Assembly: GCF_018350175.1 (NCBI RefSeq)
Contig: NC_058368.1
Location: 136,960,001 to 137,024,000 of the forward strand
DNA length: 64,000 nt
Source: Felis catus
Taxonomy: Eukaryota
Reading direction: 5' to 3'
The position numbers and the translations under genes are program-made. Below, piece by piece: positions 12,869 to 27,073 of the stretch (the stretch's first letter is position 1; every line of letters begins with the position of its first letter). The notes beneath the pieces were generated by a model. That model was not told where the DNA came from, ran no database searches, and saw nothing but the letters and a program-made list of their open reading frames with translations.

Positions 12869-15800
12869 TTTAGAATCAGACATATGAATGTTTCTTCTAA
12901 TTTTACCATTTGCTCCCATGTGGTAGTTGACAGAAGGGAGACTTCCCTTGTCAAACATTGTTCAAAACAGACAACTCAGTTCTAAAGGGACCAGGACAGG
13001 CTAGGTACAGTCATCTCCTTATCCCTCACTGTGGCTAAGCTCCACAAAGCACACCTTCCACATAGCAAATTGTTGGGCATATGGATGTTGGAGGAGTAAG
13101 AGCGATTCTTAGAACCATTGATTCAAAGACAAAGTCTTTGGAGGTGGTGATAGTGGTTGGAAATACAAGATTAAGGAGAAACATGGTAAATAGAAAAGAA
13201 CAAAATTCCTGATGTTTTTCTGTAAATGAAGTTTCTCCTATTATCCTGGAGATCTCCCCTGCTTAACAAATCAGAGTGACAGTAGAACTGGGAGATTATT
13301 TTTTAAAACTTCTGACTTCCAGGGACTATATTTGAAATTAAAGCAGGACACACAAATAATCCTAAATATCATACACAGGTGTTATCAACCCCCAAAAGGC
13401 TCGGAGTTATCAACACCAAAAAGACTTACAGAAGTTGGTGACTCTTAAAAAACCACAGCTACCTCGAGGAGTTGAGAGCCCCATTCGAAGTTTACATTGG
13501 AACCTGTCAATGGGATGCCCTTTTAGTTTCAGAGACATACTCATCTGGAAATTTGAAACTTCCCCATGACTCAGTTTCCCTTCCTTTCACCTGTCTTTAA
13601 TGAAGTGACAGTATTTGACAATGGCCAAGCAAGCAGCCACGGATGGTTCCCAGGCTCTGGCACTTACTAGGCAAAGGGGTTTCTGGGGTACTTGCATGTG
13701 AGGGAGCTGATGACAAAATAACATCTGTATAAGAGAATGCTAAGAGTCAAACAGGGGAAGCCAAGTTCATGGTCCAGGGATTCAAGAACAGAAGAAAAGA
13801 GGAGAAAAGGCGAGAGGAAGGAAAGGTCATTTTGCCCTGCGTGAGACTGGGAAACTGGAGCTCTCTCATATGACTGACTGACTCCCTAGGGTGTGGGGAG
13901 GGCAGCCTGGGTGGAAGGCACTGTATAGACTGAATAAGAGGCCCTGGTTTTACACAAACATCCTTCATTCTCTTAACCTACTGGCAAAGTACAAATCTAG
14001 AGACTTTCTCCCAGAATGCTCCCCTCAGTGATTAGAAGCTGAAAAGGCAGAGGGATGGTTTGTTGTACAGTGTATCTGAACCAGCAGCCGCTCCTGAACG
14101 TCCATGTAGGATGGTCTTGGGAATGAAAACATTGTTGGTAGAAGGGGCTAGGAGGACTAACTGAAGCTAGATTTAGTTGGATTGCACATTTATTTGGGGG
14201 CAGCTCTGAAGTTGATGGAAATCGGGGCGGTGGCTGTGGAAAGGCAAGACTCCTCAAACCACTTCTTGGCACCATTTCCTTCCACAACTAAATTAGTTTG
14301 CTGATGATTAAGGCATGTTGTGAAAGATGCAGAGAAGGGTGGGGAAGATGTTTGCAGGGGCTGTGATGGTGGTGGAGGACAGAGCACATAAAGATACGGC
14401 CTGACTCCAGCAATTTAATATATACCAGTGATTGCAAGGGAATACAATTCAGAGTTCCAGGCTGTATTCCCATTTCATCCATGCAAATAGGGAAATAATG
14501 AAAAGAAGGGTAAAGGAAAAAGATATAATAGGAATGAGATTATTTAGCTCCATCAAGGAAAAGGGAGCAAAAGCATTAATCTCTAAGTTTAAAAAGGATA
14601 CTTGGTAAGTAATAAGCATATATTCTCCATGCCCAGAGTAGACCTAACGAAAGAAAACGGACCACAGCCACAGCCAGAGGGGACATTGATCTGGGTAGTA
14701 GAATTTTCTCATCACTAGGTCTCTGGAACAGAAAAGATGCCCTTGTTCTGATATGGCTTAGTTGTAGCCCCACCCCTCAGCACTGTTCTCACTGCCTCAG
14801 GCGTGGTAAGCACAGCCCGTCTTTTCAACTAGATGCGTCCTGCCCCAGGCTCTGCCCGACATGTTGACCATAACTGACATGCGGACCACAAACTCATGAG
14901 AGGACCATCAGCCAGAATAACCCAGATTAGCTGCTCCTGAATTCTAGACTTAGAAGATGATAATGCTTATTGTTGCTTTGAGCTGCGAAGTTTGGGAATA
15001 ATTCATTACAGTAAATAACCAATATTTTAACAACCTGAGGAACAGAAAGGGCAGAGCCAAGTTTGGGCCTAGGGAGCAGTTGAGCTGTGATCACCTCAGT
15101 CAACCTTATTAAAGTTTCTGAAGCTGGCATGACCCTTTAGAGTCATATATATTCACACAGATCAAAATGTAGAACTACACCCTAGAGTTGGAATTGCTGA
15201 TAGCCAGGCTTCTCATTCGTTGGCGGGCACTGATCTGTAGTTGCTTGGCCCTTTATGCTCTATCTCTCTACCCATGGTTCTCACCTAAATGCCGGAACCT
15301 TTCTCCCCTATATACTGCCTGGAGATCCTACTGCACTCCTCACACAAAGGGCACTTTATGTGAGCTTGGAGAACATACCTGAAAACATTATGGGTGAGTT
15401 ATATCAAGACATTAATAGAGACCTATCTCAACAAGTCCCCCACCATGTCCTGCACAGACTCTCAGGTTAATACAAGGTTCTCAAACACTTATTGTGATGG
15501 GACACTGTGAGAGACTCAAAAGAACTAAGACTCGGTCTTTACTCTTCAGGAACTGAAAATCAAGTCTACCCGCTAACTGGGACCCACAGAAGCTGAATCC
15601 AATCAGCTAGTTTTTCTTCCTCACTGATACAGCTCTAGTTACCAGGGGAAGGAACTGTCTGAGGTCACTGAAGCTGTGAAGACACTCTTTAGTAGTCTTC
15701 CCTCCCTCCCACCGCTGCCCTGTCTCCTTCCTTCCCTTTCTCCCACCCCCCACCCCCAACACACTGTTTGTGATAAAGGAGAATTACGCCATTATGAACA

Positions 15801-15921
15801 GAAGGTATTGGCTAAATGACTTGGGTTTCCCATTATCTTCATTTAATTCTTTAATCCAGACTGGGTGTTTTCATTTGTTGTGTTAAAATGCACGTATGTA
15901 TTGCCATACATCTAGTACTTC

Positions 15922-16174
15922 AATGGCTTTCAAACTATTTTGACAATGACCAATAGTAAGAAAAAACATTTACCTTGTAATCTATCCAAGTATCCATCTA
16001 TCTATATATATCTTTCTTTAAAAATATCACCAAAAGCATGTGGCCCTATATGCGCAATATTCTGGAATAGATCTTTTCTTTTCTAGTCTATTTCTTTTCG
16101 TAAAAATACTGGTCTTAACCCACTTGATTTCATGAACCATTAATGGGTCGTGACCTGTAGTTTGAAAAACACTG
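15922..16174. mobile_element. hAT-Charlie-type DNA transposon remnant
   Basis: Degenerate TIRs caatggctttcaaact / agtttgaaaaacactg. Confidence 0.55.
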
Positions 16175-16809
16175 CTGTCTTCTGCCATACCACAAGCCTG
16201 GCCTCAAATTCAGGTGTTGGCCTTGTGTAATACAAACCTTAAAAGCCAGTGCTGTCTGCTTGCTAAATTGTTCTTCCTTTAGAAGTTAAAAGTTATCCTC
16301 GCTAAATGTACTGGAAGCAACATAAATCTGAGACTTTCTCAGAAGTTGGCATTAATGGGCTGTAATTTGGTGCCAGCGCTGGGAATATCAGTAAGTGCAC
16401 CTGGCTCTGTCATTCTGCTTGATTGTCTGTCACAGTTGGGGAGGTACTTTCCCTCCAGATGCCCTTTGATGCAGCTCCCTTGAAAAGAATGCAAATTCTA
16501 GTCAACTCGGGCCAAGACTCCGATGGCCCTGGAGCTGATTGGATTACATGGCAAAGAGGCATGTGTGTCTGTCACTGGGAAGAGTGATGTGTTGTATGGG
16601 GAAACCAGGGGAGAAGGCAAGGAAAGGAGGGCAGGTATGGGAGAATTCTCCCTAAACTTATGCCAGCACTCCCAAAGCAGTAGTAATGATCCCACATTTG
16701 TGTTCAGTTCAGTCACGGAGCATGGGGGAGAGAAGCCGACATAATCTGCAAGTCAAACTGTGTGTCAGGCCCTTCTGTGGGCACATTTCCATATGGTCAC
16801 TGTAGTAAG

Positions 16810-17160
16810 GAGCTGACGTGTATCAAGTGCTTATTTTGCTTTAGGCGTTTATGTGCATTATCCCGTTTTAATCTCACAATTCTTCGAGGCGGAGGCTATG
16901 GGAATCTCAATTCTGTAGGTGAGAAAACTGCAGCTTAGGGACGGAGAATAATTTCCCCTAGGTGACACTGCCAGTATAAGAGGGAACCATGACTGGATCC
17001 CAGAGCTTCCCGAGCCCGGAGCTTGTGCTTGTCACCACCACTCTACATCGTCTCCATCGGGTAGATAGGAAACTGGCTCAGAAAGGTTGTGTCCAAGGTC
17101 ACACAGCTAACAGGTGGCAGAGCCAGGATTCATGTGGAGTCTGTACTGACACCATGTTCT
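16810..17160 (-). mobile_element. MIR fragments
   Basis: MIR core motifs gagaaaactgcagctta and aaggtcacacagctaa...ggcagagccaggattc. Confidence 0.6.
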
Positions 17161-18939
17161 TTGACTAGAACCACTCAGCACTGCCATATCCCAAGCCCAC
17201 AATGACCTGGAGTAATTGAAGGGGAAATGTGGTTCTTCCAGGAATGTCAGCTTGAATAGGGCAGAGTGAAATAATCACAGGGCTGCTATTGAGAGACGTG
17301 TACTCTAGTGTGGATTCTCTACAAGCTTACTGGGGGTGGAGGGTGAGGAGGGCAATGTCTCAGATAAATCATCCTGCATCTTCAGACAACTAACAGTAAT
17401 AATTCAATCTCTTGGACATGTCTGAGCTCCCTAAGGATCAGACTTAAAGATGGGAAGGCTTTGAAAAGTTTTTAGTTTGGTAGAAAGACTCGACTCTTAA
17501 AATTCCTTCTTAAACCATGCACCTTGTGAGAGGCCAAGAGAAATGTTATATTCTTCATTGCTTAGATAAATAGAAACAAACTCCTGGAGGGCAGGACCAT
17601 GCTGCATGGTACTTCTACTTAGCACTCAAGTCTTTCTCCACTGTTACCTTGTAAAGCCCCAGAAAAGAAATTTCTAGTGCCAGGGAAGATATTTAAAATT
17701 GGGGTGGAGGGAGAGAAGTGGCAACCCCTACCAATACCACTGAAGGCATTTAAGCAACAATTGGAATAGTTGTTAATATTATCTATATATGTGTATAATA
17801 TTATATATAATGAATTAATATTGCATATAATTAATTAACATAAGTAGAATTCTAGAATCATTATCTCAACAGGAACTTAATTATTCTGCTTATAATTTGG
17901 AAACTTTCCCTATATTGGATGTATTGTTGTTTATTAGGGTCCTCATATCCATGCCCTTTATATATAATGGCCTCACAAGCTTATTTAGGACAGTGACTGT
18001 CTGTAATGCTCATTCTGGTGAGCACAGTGCCTGCCACATAGCAGGTGCTCAATAAACATTCACCGAATGATTGAAGTTGTTGATATCCTCCCCCTTTTTT
18101 AGTTCAAATGGGAAAATAATGGTTGACAAATACCACAGACCCATTTTTAATTTAAGAGTGAGGATCAAGGTTTTGATGAACGAACACTGTTCCATAGTCT
18201 TACAGGCTCAGTGGAGGCTTTTATCACTAAACTTAACTGACATTAGTACTAAACTAGCCACATTGGTTCTTGCTCTCCAAACAAACAAATGTCTCATAGA
18301 GGTTTTTTGGTTTGGGGGAAGTTTTTACAGTTTAAAATTTGCAACCCTGGACAAGAATATAGTTCCCAGCAACTTGCGTCGTGGCTGGATGTATGCTCCT
18401 CCCACTCCTGCTGTGTGCGTGTGCGTCACCACCCTCCCTGCCCCCACCCAAATGGAAGATGCATTTCTCCCTACTGTTTACAGACAAGTCCCAGGAAAGA
18501 CCAACCTCAGTCTCTTTGGTACAAGTTTTACAAGGGCCACCCAAGGGTACAGCCAGCTGACTCTAGCTCTTAGGACATCTGACAACTCAGGGTCAAGGGA
18601 AAATAGGATCTGAGGCCAAAAAAGAAAATAGACTGGTAAACTGGAGTGAAACAACTGGAATAAAGACTTCCTTTCAAAATTCAAACAGAGTCCTCACCCT
18701 TTGAAGGATAGGAGGTACAAAACAATGGCAAGACAACAGGAATAAAAGCCACATAAATCACTGGGCTTTTCAGTTTCTATTTACAAAGAAAAAGCTCCGG
18801 GTCATCCTTTATTTTCTGTGTTTATATTCATAAGAAAGAAAAAAAAAAACAAGGAGACTATAAAACTGAATATGGATCTCAGCATTACCAGCTGAACAGA
18901 TGAAGGAATTTAAATGTGTTAATTTAAAAATTATGATCA

Positions 18940-19680
18940 CAATGAAATACCGCTTCATACTCATTAGAATGCCTGTTATCCAAAAAATGGAAAATAACTA
19001 GTGTTGGAGAGGATGTGGAGAAATTGGAACCTTTGTGCATTGCTGATGGGAATGTAAACTGGTGCAGCTATTGTGGAAAACAGTCTGTCAGTCCCTCAAA
19101 AAGTTAAACATAGAATTAGCATATGACCCAGCAATTCCACTTTTAAGTATATACCCCAAAGAATTAAAAGTAGGGACTCAGGTAGATCTTTCCACCCACT
19201 GTTCCTGGCAGCATTGTTCTCAATAGCCAAAAGGTAAAAACAACACAGCTAGCTGCTCATTACAAGACAGGTGAATGGATAAATGAAATGTGGTCTATTC
19301 TATACGTTCAATGGAATACTATTTAGCCTTAAAAAGGAATGAAGTTTTGACACATGCTACAAAATGGATGAACCTTGAAAATATTAATGCTGCCTAAAAT
19401 AAGCCAGACACAAAGGGCAAATATTGTATAATTCCACTTATATGATGGCATCTAGAGTAGTCAAATTCATGGATCCAGAAAGCAGAATGTAGGTTACCAG
19501 GGGCTGGGAGTATAGACAGTGGAGAGTTAGTGTTTAGTGGGTACAGAGCTTCTGTATGAAACATTTCTGGAAATAGATAAGTGGTGATAGGTATGAATGA
19601 ACTTCATGCCACTGAATTACACACTTTAAAATCATTAAAATGGTCATGTCTATGTTATGTATATTTTATCACAATAAAAA
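18940..19680 (+). mobile_element. L1MB-like LINE 3' end
   Basis: gtgttggagaggatgtggagaaattggaacc...gacccagcaattccact...tttatcacaataaaaa. Confidence 0.85.
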
Positions 19681-22600
19681 GAATATGTCGTCAAACCTGT
19701 GAATCGATTCATTACACTTGCAGTGTCATATCAATGTTACCACCAGCTCCTACCACCTCCCAGTGAATAGGGCTTGCGTAGCCCAGAGGCAAGGGAAGTG
19801 GGAGCTGCCAGTGTCCACCAGCTGCTCAGCTGGCCTTGAACGGCTTTCCTCCACCAGGAACCAGGGGAGATGGGAGCTGCTGCTTGGCTTCCACGTCCCC
19901 TGGAATAGCACAGGCTGTGGGGAAAGGAGGCGTTGCACTCACCAGCTGCCCCGCCCCATTCCTCCTTACCAAGCAGGGGCTTGGTGGGGGGACCCCTTTC
20001 TGGCCACCCACCTGTAGGTTTGCACAGAGCGAGGGAAATGGGAATTGCTGTTTGGCCGTCAAGGTTACCTCAGCCTGCCACAACATGGATCTGGGTAGGT
20101 GGGATGGGTGCGGCCAGCCTTTCGCTGTTCCTAGTGAGTTCCTGTAGGTTTTGATGACAAACTATTTCGTAAATTGTTGCCAGCCCTTTGATCAATCTCC
20201 AGAGATTTTGTATGATTGTCTTTGCTAATTTTTACTAGCTTAATACATGTCTCTCCAGGGATGAGGTTTCAGTGGGATCCCTGCACCACCATTCTGGAAG
20301 CCGCACCTTCTCTGTAGAGCTTCAACTAACCATAATGGAAACATACATATTTTCGAACAGCAGCATTTTGTACAGGTCACTTTGAAGGATCTTCCTTGTA
20401 AATTCGTGTGTCAATCTTCTACCTTTCTTACAGTATCCCAAGGAGAAACAGAGATAGTGGTCACATCCAATCTCAGGTTTGTCTAAAAACTTGGAGATGA
20501 TGTGGTGGTGGCCAAGCCTTTTGCTCAGAGAGCTAACAGTCTGAATAAGAAGCATGATTTGATTAGATAAACCTGAGATCAAAAGTGAAGTGTCCCTGCA
20601 GGAAGGTAAGGGGATTAACAGTGTGGAGGCATGCAGAGCTTTTGGAAAGACAAGCCCTTTGAAATCCACAAAATCATCTGCGTCTCAGATAGGGGCTTTG
20701 AGTGACTTCTGAGGGGATTAGACCCTGTCCGTGGTGTTTGCTTCATAGAGATGCATCATTATTCTCAATGATGTTTATTGAATGTCCCCTCAGAGGCTGG
20801 CATTGTAATTATCTGTTTCTAAGTCTCTGCATAGCCTTGCTTTGCTTTTGCTTTTTTTTTTTCCTTTAAAGACTTTGCTATTGCTGGGGATTTAATATTT
20901 CTCTTATTTTCTGTTGGTTTTTAAGGAGAAGAGGCAGTTGACTCAATGCTCTGTATATACAGTCTTGTAAAGCCACAGCTGAAGATTTTAAGTATTATCC
21001 TGCTTTGGATAACCAGCCACTGTACAAGAAGCTGTTTTCTTTGCTAGACTTGCTACAGGTTGGAAGGGAAGCTGTCCTTCAACAGTGGCAAATGACACAG
21101 CTATCATTTCCGCAGGTCCAGAATGATTAATAGGTTTTGCCTCATCCATCCCCTCTTCTGACAAGGTTGGAGAACAGTTTCATTATTACTACTTTCTGGA
21201 AGAAGAAACAAAATTATTTGCCAGCATGCTTAAAATGATGAATTGCTAAAATGAAACAAGTATCTTTATAATCCTTTTAGATGTCTCTTAATGTAGCTCT
21301 TCATTTTCCTTCCAAAGACCATTTGTTTATTAAGATCTGCCGTGTGAAAACTCGCAATACATATTTCAAACATCAGTTTAAAATGATTCTTCAGGTGCAA
21401 TGCCAGTAACTTTAATAGCCCCCTTTGCAATGCTTCTGTAATCTCCCCGGCACGTCCTTCGAAGCTCCCTCCTGTCTCCCCTTCCCTACCCAAGTGCATT
21501 CTGAATAACAAAGAGTTTCTGGCTGGACTTACTGTTTGGGTCAAGTTCAGAGAGTATCCTTGTGTTTCTTTCATCATCTAATAAAGATGGGGGGCGGTGT
21601 GGGCAGTGGTCAGGGAAAGCACGTCGTAGAGAGGAAAGGCAAATGGAGATTTTTGATTCAAAGACTGTGGCCCCATCACTTTCTCTTACATAAAAATTGT
21701 ATTCATCCCACACTTCCTACTGCAAATCACTCTGGTACGACGTGACAATGCAGCAGATACCCAAGGACTTTTCCCACATCACACTACAAACACAGTCACC
21801 CTCTCTGGGGAACCTAAGAGAAACTTTTGGGCTTCCACTTCCCCTCCATTTGTTTGAAGGATCAAGAGAACACAGTTCCATTTTCAACAAAAATTAAAAA
21901 GGAAAATCATGAAAAGAGCCAGCCTCCTCTTTTTTTCTCTCTCTTAATATATTGTTGCATCCAGGGAAGAGGAAGCGGTGAGCGCCACTGATACTGGGTC
22001 CCCAGGGACCCTATAAGGGTCACTCCCCAGCTATCAAATGAGCATGTCTTCCTCCACTTGCACAGCACGTTTGTAATGGGACTGGAAGTTACTTTTGGCT
22101 CAGCTCTGCTGTGCAAAAATATGAAATGCCATGGTGCTTCAGAGATTCAGGCTGTGTTCACACCTGGGTTTTCATAGGGAAGATAGTTTTCAGTTTTAAG
22201 GCTTTAGAGATTTGAAAAGCCATTAGCCATATTCCTGCCAGCTTCCATAGGCCTTGATAAGATGTGTGTGTTCCTTAAGGACAGGAGCAAATTTCTCCCA
22301 CACATTTTTGTTTTTTATTTCTTCTTTAGGTACTGTCGGTGGTGCCAATGGGCCAGTTCAGTTTGGTACTTAAAATATGACAACATCTCATTTATTCTGC
22401 ATTGTTGCAAAGTAATGTGTGCACTGGATAAAAACGGTCAGATGACTGAACTGTCACTCTTCGAAGAATTTAAAATGAAATGTATTTGGAGTGCATTTAG
22501 TTAATAAATAGGTAGAGATGATTAACCTGTTCTTTGACCATGCAAGTTCATTATTATTAACATGCTTTTAGTGGCTGCATCAGAGATGTCCTCAGGGCCT

Positions 22601-23029
22601 ATAGGGATGAAAAGGACTTTCTGCAGCCTCACTTACGGTCTTGGAGTCTTTCCTTGGTTTTCTGATTTCTAACTGTGTGCTCATTTGTCCTCGCTTCTGC
22701 CATTCCTTCCCAGGATCTGTGTCTGACAAGCTTCATTGTCGTCTTTGGTCCCAGCTACTTCACCAGCAGCTGTAACCCAGAACAAAATTGAGAGAAACCA
22801 GATTGCTTAATTCTACATACATTACTTGGTAAATATGCTCTCTTGTCAAATGAGTAAAAAGCATGGGTTTTATGATAGCTCTGAGACTCTGATTCATCTC
22901 TTCTATCATTATGTGAGGAGATGGGCTTTATAGTAAGTGGCACTTTGTGCTTAGAAAAATACATATTTTTGTTACTATTATAATTAGCCTTCAACAGAAC
23001 AAGTCACTTGGACCCCCAAAACAGATTTT

Positions 23030-23478
23030 GAACCGCCCACTTTAACTCTTCCTTGCTACCTCCTTAATCAAGGCCAATGTTATCTCTCACAGACTATTAA
23101 AACTGCCTCCTACAGGTCTCCCAATATTATTCTGGCTTCCTTCCAACCCATCCTCCACACTTTAGTCAAAATGAGTTTTGGAACATGTTAATCTCATTAT
23201 CTTACCCTCATTGCCCAGTGGCTTTCCATGTCAACCTCACCCTACATCACTCTCCCTCTCCTGCTATGTGCTGCCCACACCATCTTTTCTCTTTGGCCGT
23301 GTTCTCTATACCACAGTCCTTTGTGCATGCTGTCTTCTCTGTTTGGAATGCTCTTCTCCCAGTTTTCCCCATGGTTGGCTCCTGATGTCCTTAAGTTCTC
23401 AAATTAAATATAAGTTTTTCAGACAGACAATTCCTAACCACTGTAACTAAAGTAGGTATTCCCAATTATTCTCTGTCT
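23030..23478 (+). mobile_element. L2 LINE fragment
   Basis: Pyrimidine-rich L2 3' motifs (ctgcctcctacaggtctccc; ctgtttggaatgctcttctccc). Confidence 0.55.
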
Positions 23479-23479
23479 A

Positions 23480-25400
23480 GGGTGGAGAGACATATGGGAG
23501 TGAACACAAGTATGAAAATCTTTGTATCACATATTAACATCCATTGGGTCACATGCACCACGAAAGAGACATTTAAAAATCAGGCAGACAATGACTTGGC
23601 CAGTTGACTTCAGCCCTCTGTCAACAGCCACTCCAGTGCTAAAACAAAAAACATATGAATGAAGAGGCCACAGTAACAGATATGGAGGCTATACATGGGC
23701 CCAACAGCATGAAGTACATTTGCCAAGGCTGATCTAACTCCTATCACTGCTGAATATCCAACATGCCAGCAACAGAGCCTGGTGCTGAGCTTCCAATATG
23801 GCATCATTGCTCATGAAGATCAATCAATCACTTAGTGAGAAGTTGACTATATTGAATCCTTTTCATCTTGAAGAGCGAGTGGTCTTTTGGTCGTAGGAAT
23901 GGACACATACTTCCAAGGGTAGAAAAAGGAGTTGGTCCCACCTGTCTGCACTGACAGTGACCACTGTTCTACTTTTCATCCCTGTAACTCTGCATTCTGC
24001 AGGGTTAGAATTCTCATCCTCACAAAGGGGTACACTTTCACTCGGGGACATAGCAAGATTATCCATTGAATTATAAGCTACAGCTGCCATGTGGGCATTT
24101 TTTGCTCCTTGTCTTCAGGGACCAGCAGACAGGAAAAGAGTCACCATTCTGGCACAGGTAATCAACCCAATCATCAGGAGGGAGAAGGCTGTTGTCACAA
24201 AACGGGTCATGCAGGAATAAGTGTGGAACCCTAGTAACCCATCGCGGTTTCTTTTGGTACTTCTCTTCCCACTTGTGACTAAAAGAACAAGTGCAGCAAC
24301 CCCTTGCTGAAAAGGGCATGTGTCTTAGTCCACTTGGGCTGCGATAACAAAATACATAGACTGAGTGGCTCAAGCAGTAACATTGATTTCTCACAGTTCT
24401 GGAGGTTGGGAATTTCAAGATCAAAGTGCCGCCAGGTTCTTTGTCTAATGAGGGCCTGCTTCCTGTTTTGCAAATGGCTGCCTTCTTGCTGTGTCCTTAA
24501 ATGGTGCAGAAAGTCCTCACATGGCTCTGGTCTCCTCTCCTTGTAAGTGCACTAAGCCCATCATGGAGGGGCTTCCATCTTCATGACTTCATCTAAACCT
24601 AATTACCTCCCAAAGGCCCTACCTCCAGATACCATCACTCTAGGGTTAAGGGCTTCAACATGTAAATCTGGGGTGGGAGGACACAACAACAGAGCAACAT
24701 GGTGGTTGAGGCTCAGATGCTTTGAGGATGAGGATATGGGTCACACTACCTGAAAAGCCACTGAGACTGGCAGAGGTGATATCTGATGGTGACAGGGATG
24801 CAGACAGGTAATGGAGGAAGGAGAAAATAAGCACGAGCTATTTCTCCTAGACTGATTACAGGAGTGGGGGCTAAAGCTGATCCCACTCACCTTCCTCTTC
24901 TAAGTCTTCCTTGAGAAAGAGAGACCCACTGGTATCCTGGAGGAGATGCCCCATGAATATATACAAAGAAGTGGGTAGGAGTGAGGCAAAGGGTGGGCTG
25001 TGGTAGACACAGAGATGAGCTAAGCAGTGTCTCTTCAAGGAAGGACTTGTACTGAGCTGTGGGGAGTGCAGTCAGCAGACAGCCTCCAGCCACTGGCTCC
25101 TTCAGGGTCTGTCCCTGCTACAGAGATCCTGAGATCATGCCCTTCCCAGGGCAGCCCATACCTGGTGACTGAGCAACATGGGTGTCAAAAGGCCTGGACA
25201 TCACTGCCCAACCTGGTGCAACTTTTGGTGGGCAATCCTTGCCCAGAACTGCCTATGTTGGGTGAGGCTTGATCACAGTTTGCCTTCTCTCTTTATTCAG
25301 TCTTCTTTCCTGCCCTTTCTTTTCACTGCAGCTAATCCCTATTAAACATCTTGCGCCCAGATTTGTCTCATCATCTACTTGCAAAGAAACCAACCTGGTA
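23480..25400 (+). mobile_element. ERVL provirus 3' remnant: decayed integrase, purine tract and LTR16-like 3' LTR (~24999-25400), interrupted by an MLT1A-like LTR
   Basis: 23666-23855 reads GHSNRYGGYTWAQQH / AKADLTPITAEYPTCQQQ...QSIT**EVDYIE, an ERVL integrase N-terminal signature. A purine-rich tract precedes TGTGG at ~24999. Confidence 0.7.
24321..24696. mobile_element. MLT1A-like MaLR solo LTR
   Basis: tgtcttagtccacttgggctgcgataacaaaatac...tttctcacagttctggagg...; possible 5-bp TSD gcatg/acatg. Confidence 0.8.
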
Positions 25401-25429
25401 TAGGCTACATGCTTTGGCAGCAGATGAAA

Positions 25430-25930
25430 TTTGCTAACTAGGTCATTTGGAGGAAGTTATTTCACTCTGTTGCACCTCCATTTCTTCTTCAGTAAAATGG
25501 AAATAACAACATTTGCCTCTCAGGGTCATGTGAGGTTAAATAAAATCAAGTGTGTAATTACTTGGCACGGTGCTTGGTGTTTTAGAGTGTATAACGTTTA
25601 AGAGAGAAGCTCTCTCAGAAACGGCAACTTCCCATGCCGACACAGCTTTGTGAGTTCTCTGTTGAGAAGGAGCTGAGTGTTCAGTTTTCTGGCCACTGTG
25701 TTGATAACAACGGCAAATTCTGACACAGCAGACACAGTGAGCCAAACACTTTTCAAGCGTCTTGCATATACTAACTCATTTAACCCACAAACAACTTGAT
25801 CAGGAAGGTTCCTAATCCCATTTTACAGATGAGGAAACTGAGGCACAGAGGTTCTCAAACTGGCTCACAGGTCTCAAAAATTGCAAGTAGCAGAGCTGGG
25901 CTTCAAATCCAGGAACCTGACACCAGAATC
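25430..25930. mobile_element. Two MIR elements in opposite orientations
   Basis: cagtaaaatggaaataacaaca and cccattttacagatgaggaaactgaggcacagag cores. Confidence 0.7.
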
Positions 25931-26539
25931 TGTGTCAGGTGCTCATGCCCAGTATAGTACATGGCCTCTTGGGTCAACTTTATCCTAGAAAGAGCTTGAT
26001 GCAGAATAAGGCAATCTTGCCGCTAACCTCCTACTTCCTCATGACACCCTTCCAGAACTAGTTTTTTCTGAATGGGAAATAAAAAGAGGATGAGGAAGAT
26101 GTCACCTGCCTGCAGATGGTCTGAGGTTCACTAATCCTCTGTGAAGCCTTGAGACAGGGAGAATCCAAAATCTGTGTCTTCCTGGGATTGAGGCCCCAAC
26201 CAAACGGAACCTCCCTGGCAGAAGGTATGAGAGTAGGAATGAGAGACACTGACAATGGCAGTTTCCTTGTGAAATTTCGGGCATTTGCAAATAATCAACT
26301 CAGCCTTTTCAACAAGTCTTTATTTTGCTTAAATTAACAAAACATAGGTTACATGCTATTTTCAGGTAAACTGCTTTATCACTGAAGCAGAAAGCGATAT
26401 TCACAACTTGGGTTGCTACACATTTGGAGTTTTAGTTTTTAAATAGCAAGCCAGAATTCTGTACAAAATCAACATTTGGTGTAATGTTGTCCAAATATGT
26501 GAAGGATTTTAAATGTTAGCTCTGTTACATTTTGTTCCA

Positions 26540-26660
26540 GCAAAGCAGACAAAGATCATGATTCAAAACGCGATGTTAATATTTTATTAAACGCCTTTAG
26601 GGCTTAATAAATACAGTATGCACATTGGGCTTTCTCATGCAGCTACTCATATACAAATAT
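26540..26660 (-). terminator. ZNF366: Probable main polyadenylation site of ZNF366 (3' UTR about 3.7 kb)
   Basis: Minus-strand AATAAA at 26583-26588 with upstream TGTA elements (plus-strand taca near 26612 and 26652), a CA about 20 nt downstream and a GU/U-rich tract TCTTTGTCTGCTTTGCT. Other hexamers lie at 26319-26324 and 28765-28770. Confidence 0.55.
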
Positions 26661-27073
26661 ACCAGATACCCTTGTGGGGTTATGGAAGGTCAGCCTCAGT
26701 CTCATGGCCAATAGGGAGTCAAATTTTTAAAAAGAAAGAATGAAAGAGGAATTAGAAGGCAAACAGAGGGGGGTAATTATAGGCCTGAATAAAAAGGATA
26801 AAAGAAAAATATGCCTCTTGGCTGGTCAGTTGGCTGTTTCAGAGTGACAATGGTCAAAAGCCTGGAAAGCATTTGGTAGTGACCTATTTTCAGAGTGTCA
26901 CAAGGAGATGAATGCCATGCTGTCCTGGCCCTTAGAGTGCTGGTAACCTTGGATGGTTTTATCCTTAATTCTCTCTAGATGATCCCCATGGGCTCTCCTT
27001 CAGGTGTGCATTCTGGCTAATTAGCTCATCAGGCAAGTTTGGCCAACTCTTCCCTTAGCTCTGCACTTAGGCA

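Noticed and set aside
18071..18613. 180-aa plus-strand ORF
   Set aside because: TTG start, begins in L2/MIR-like sequence, no recognisable domain or codon bias.
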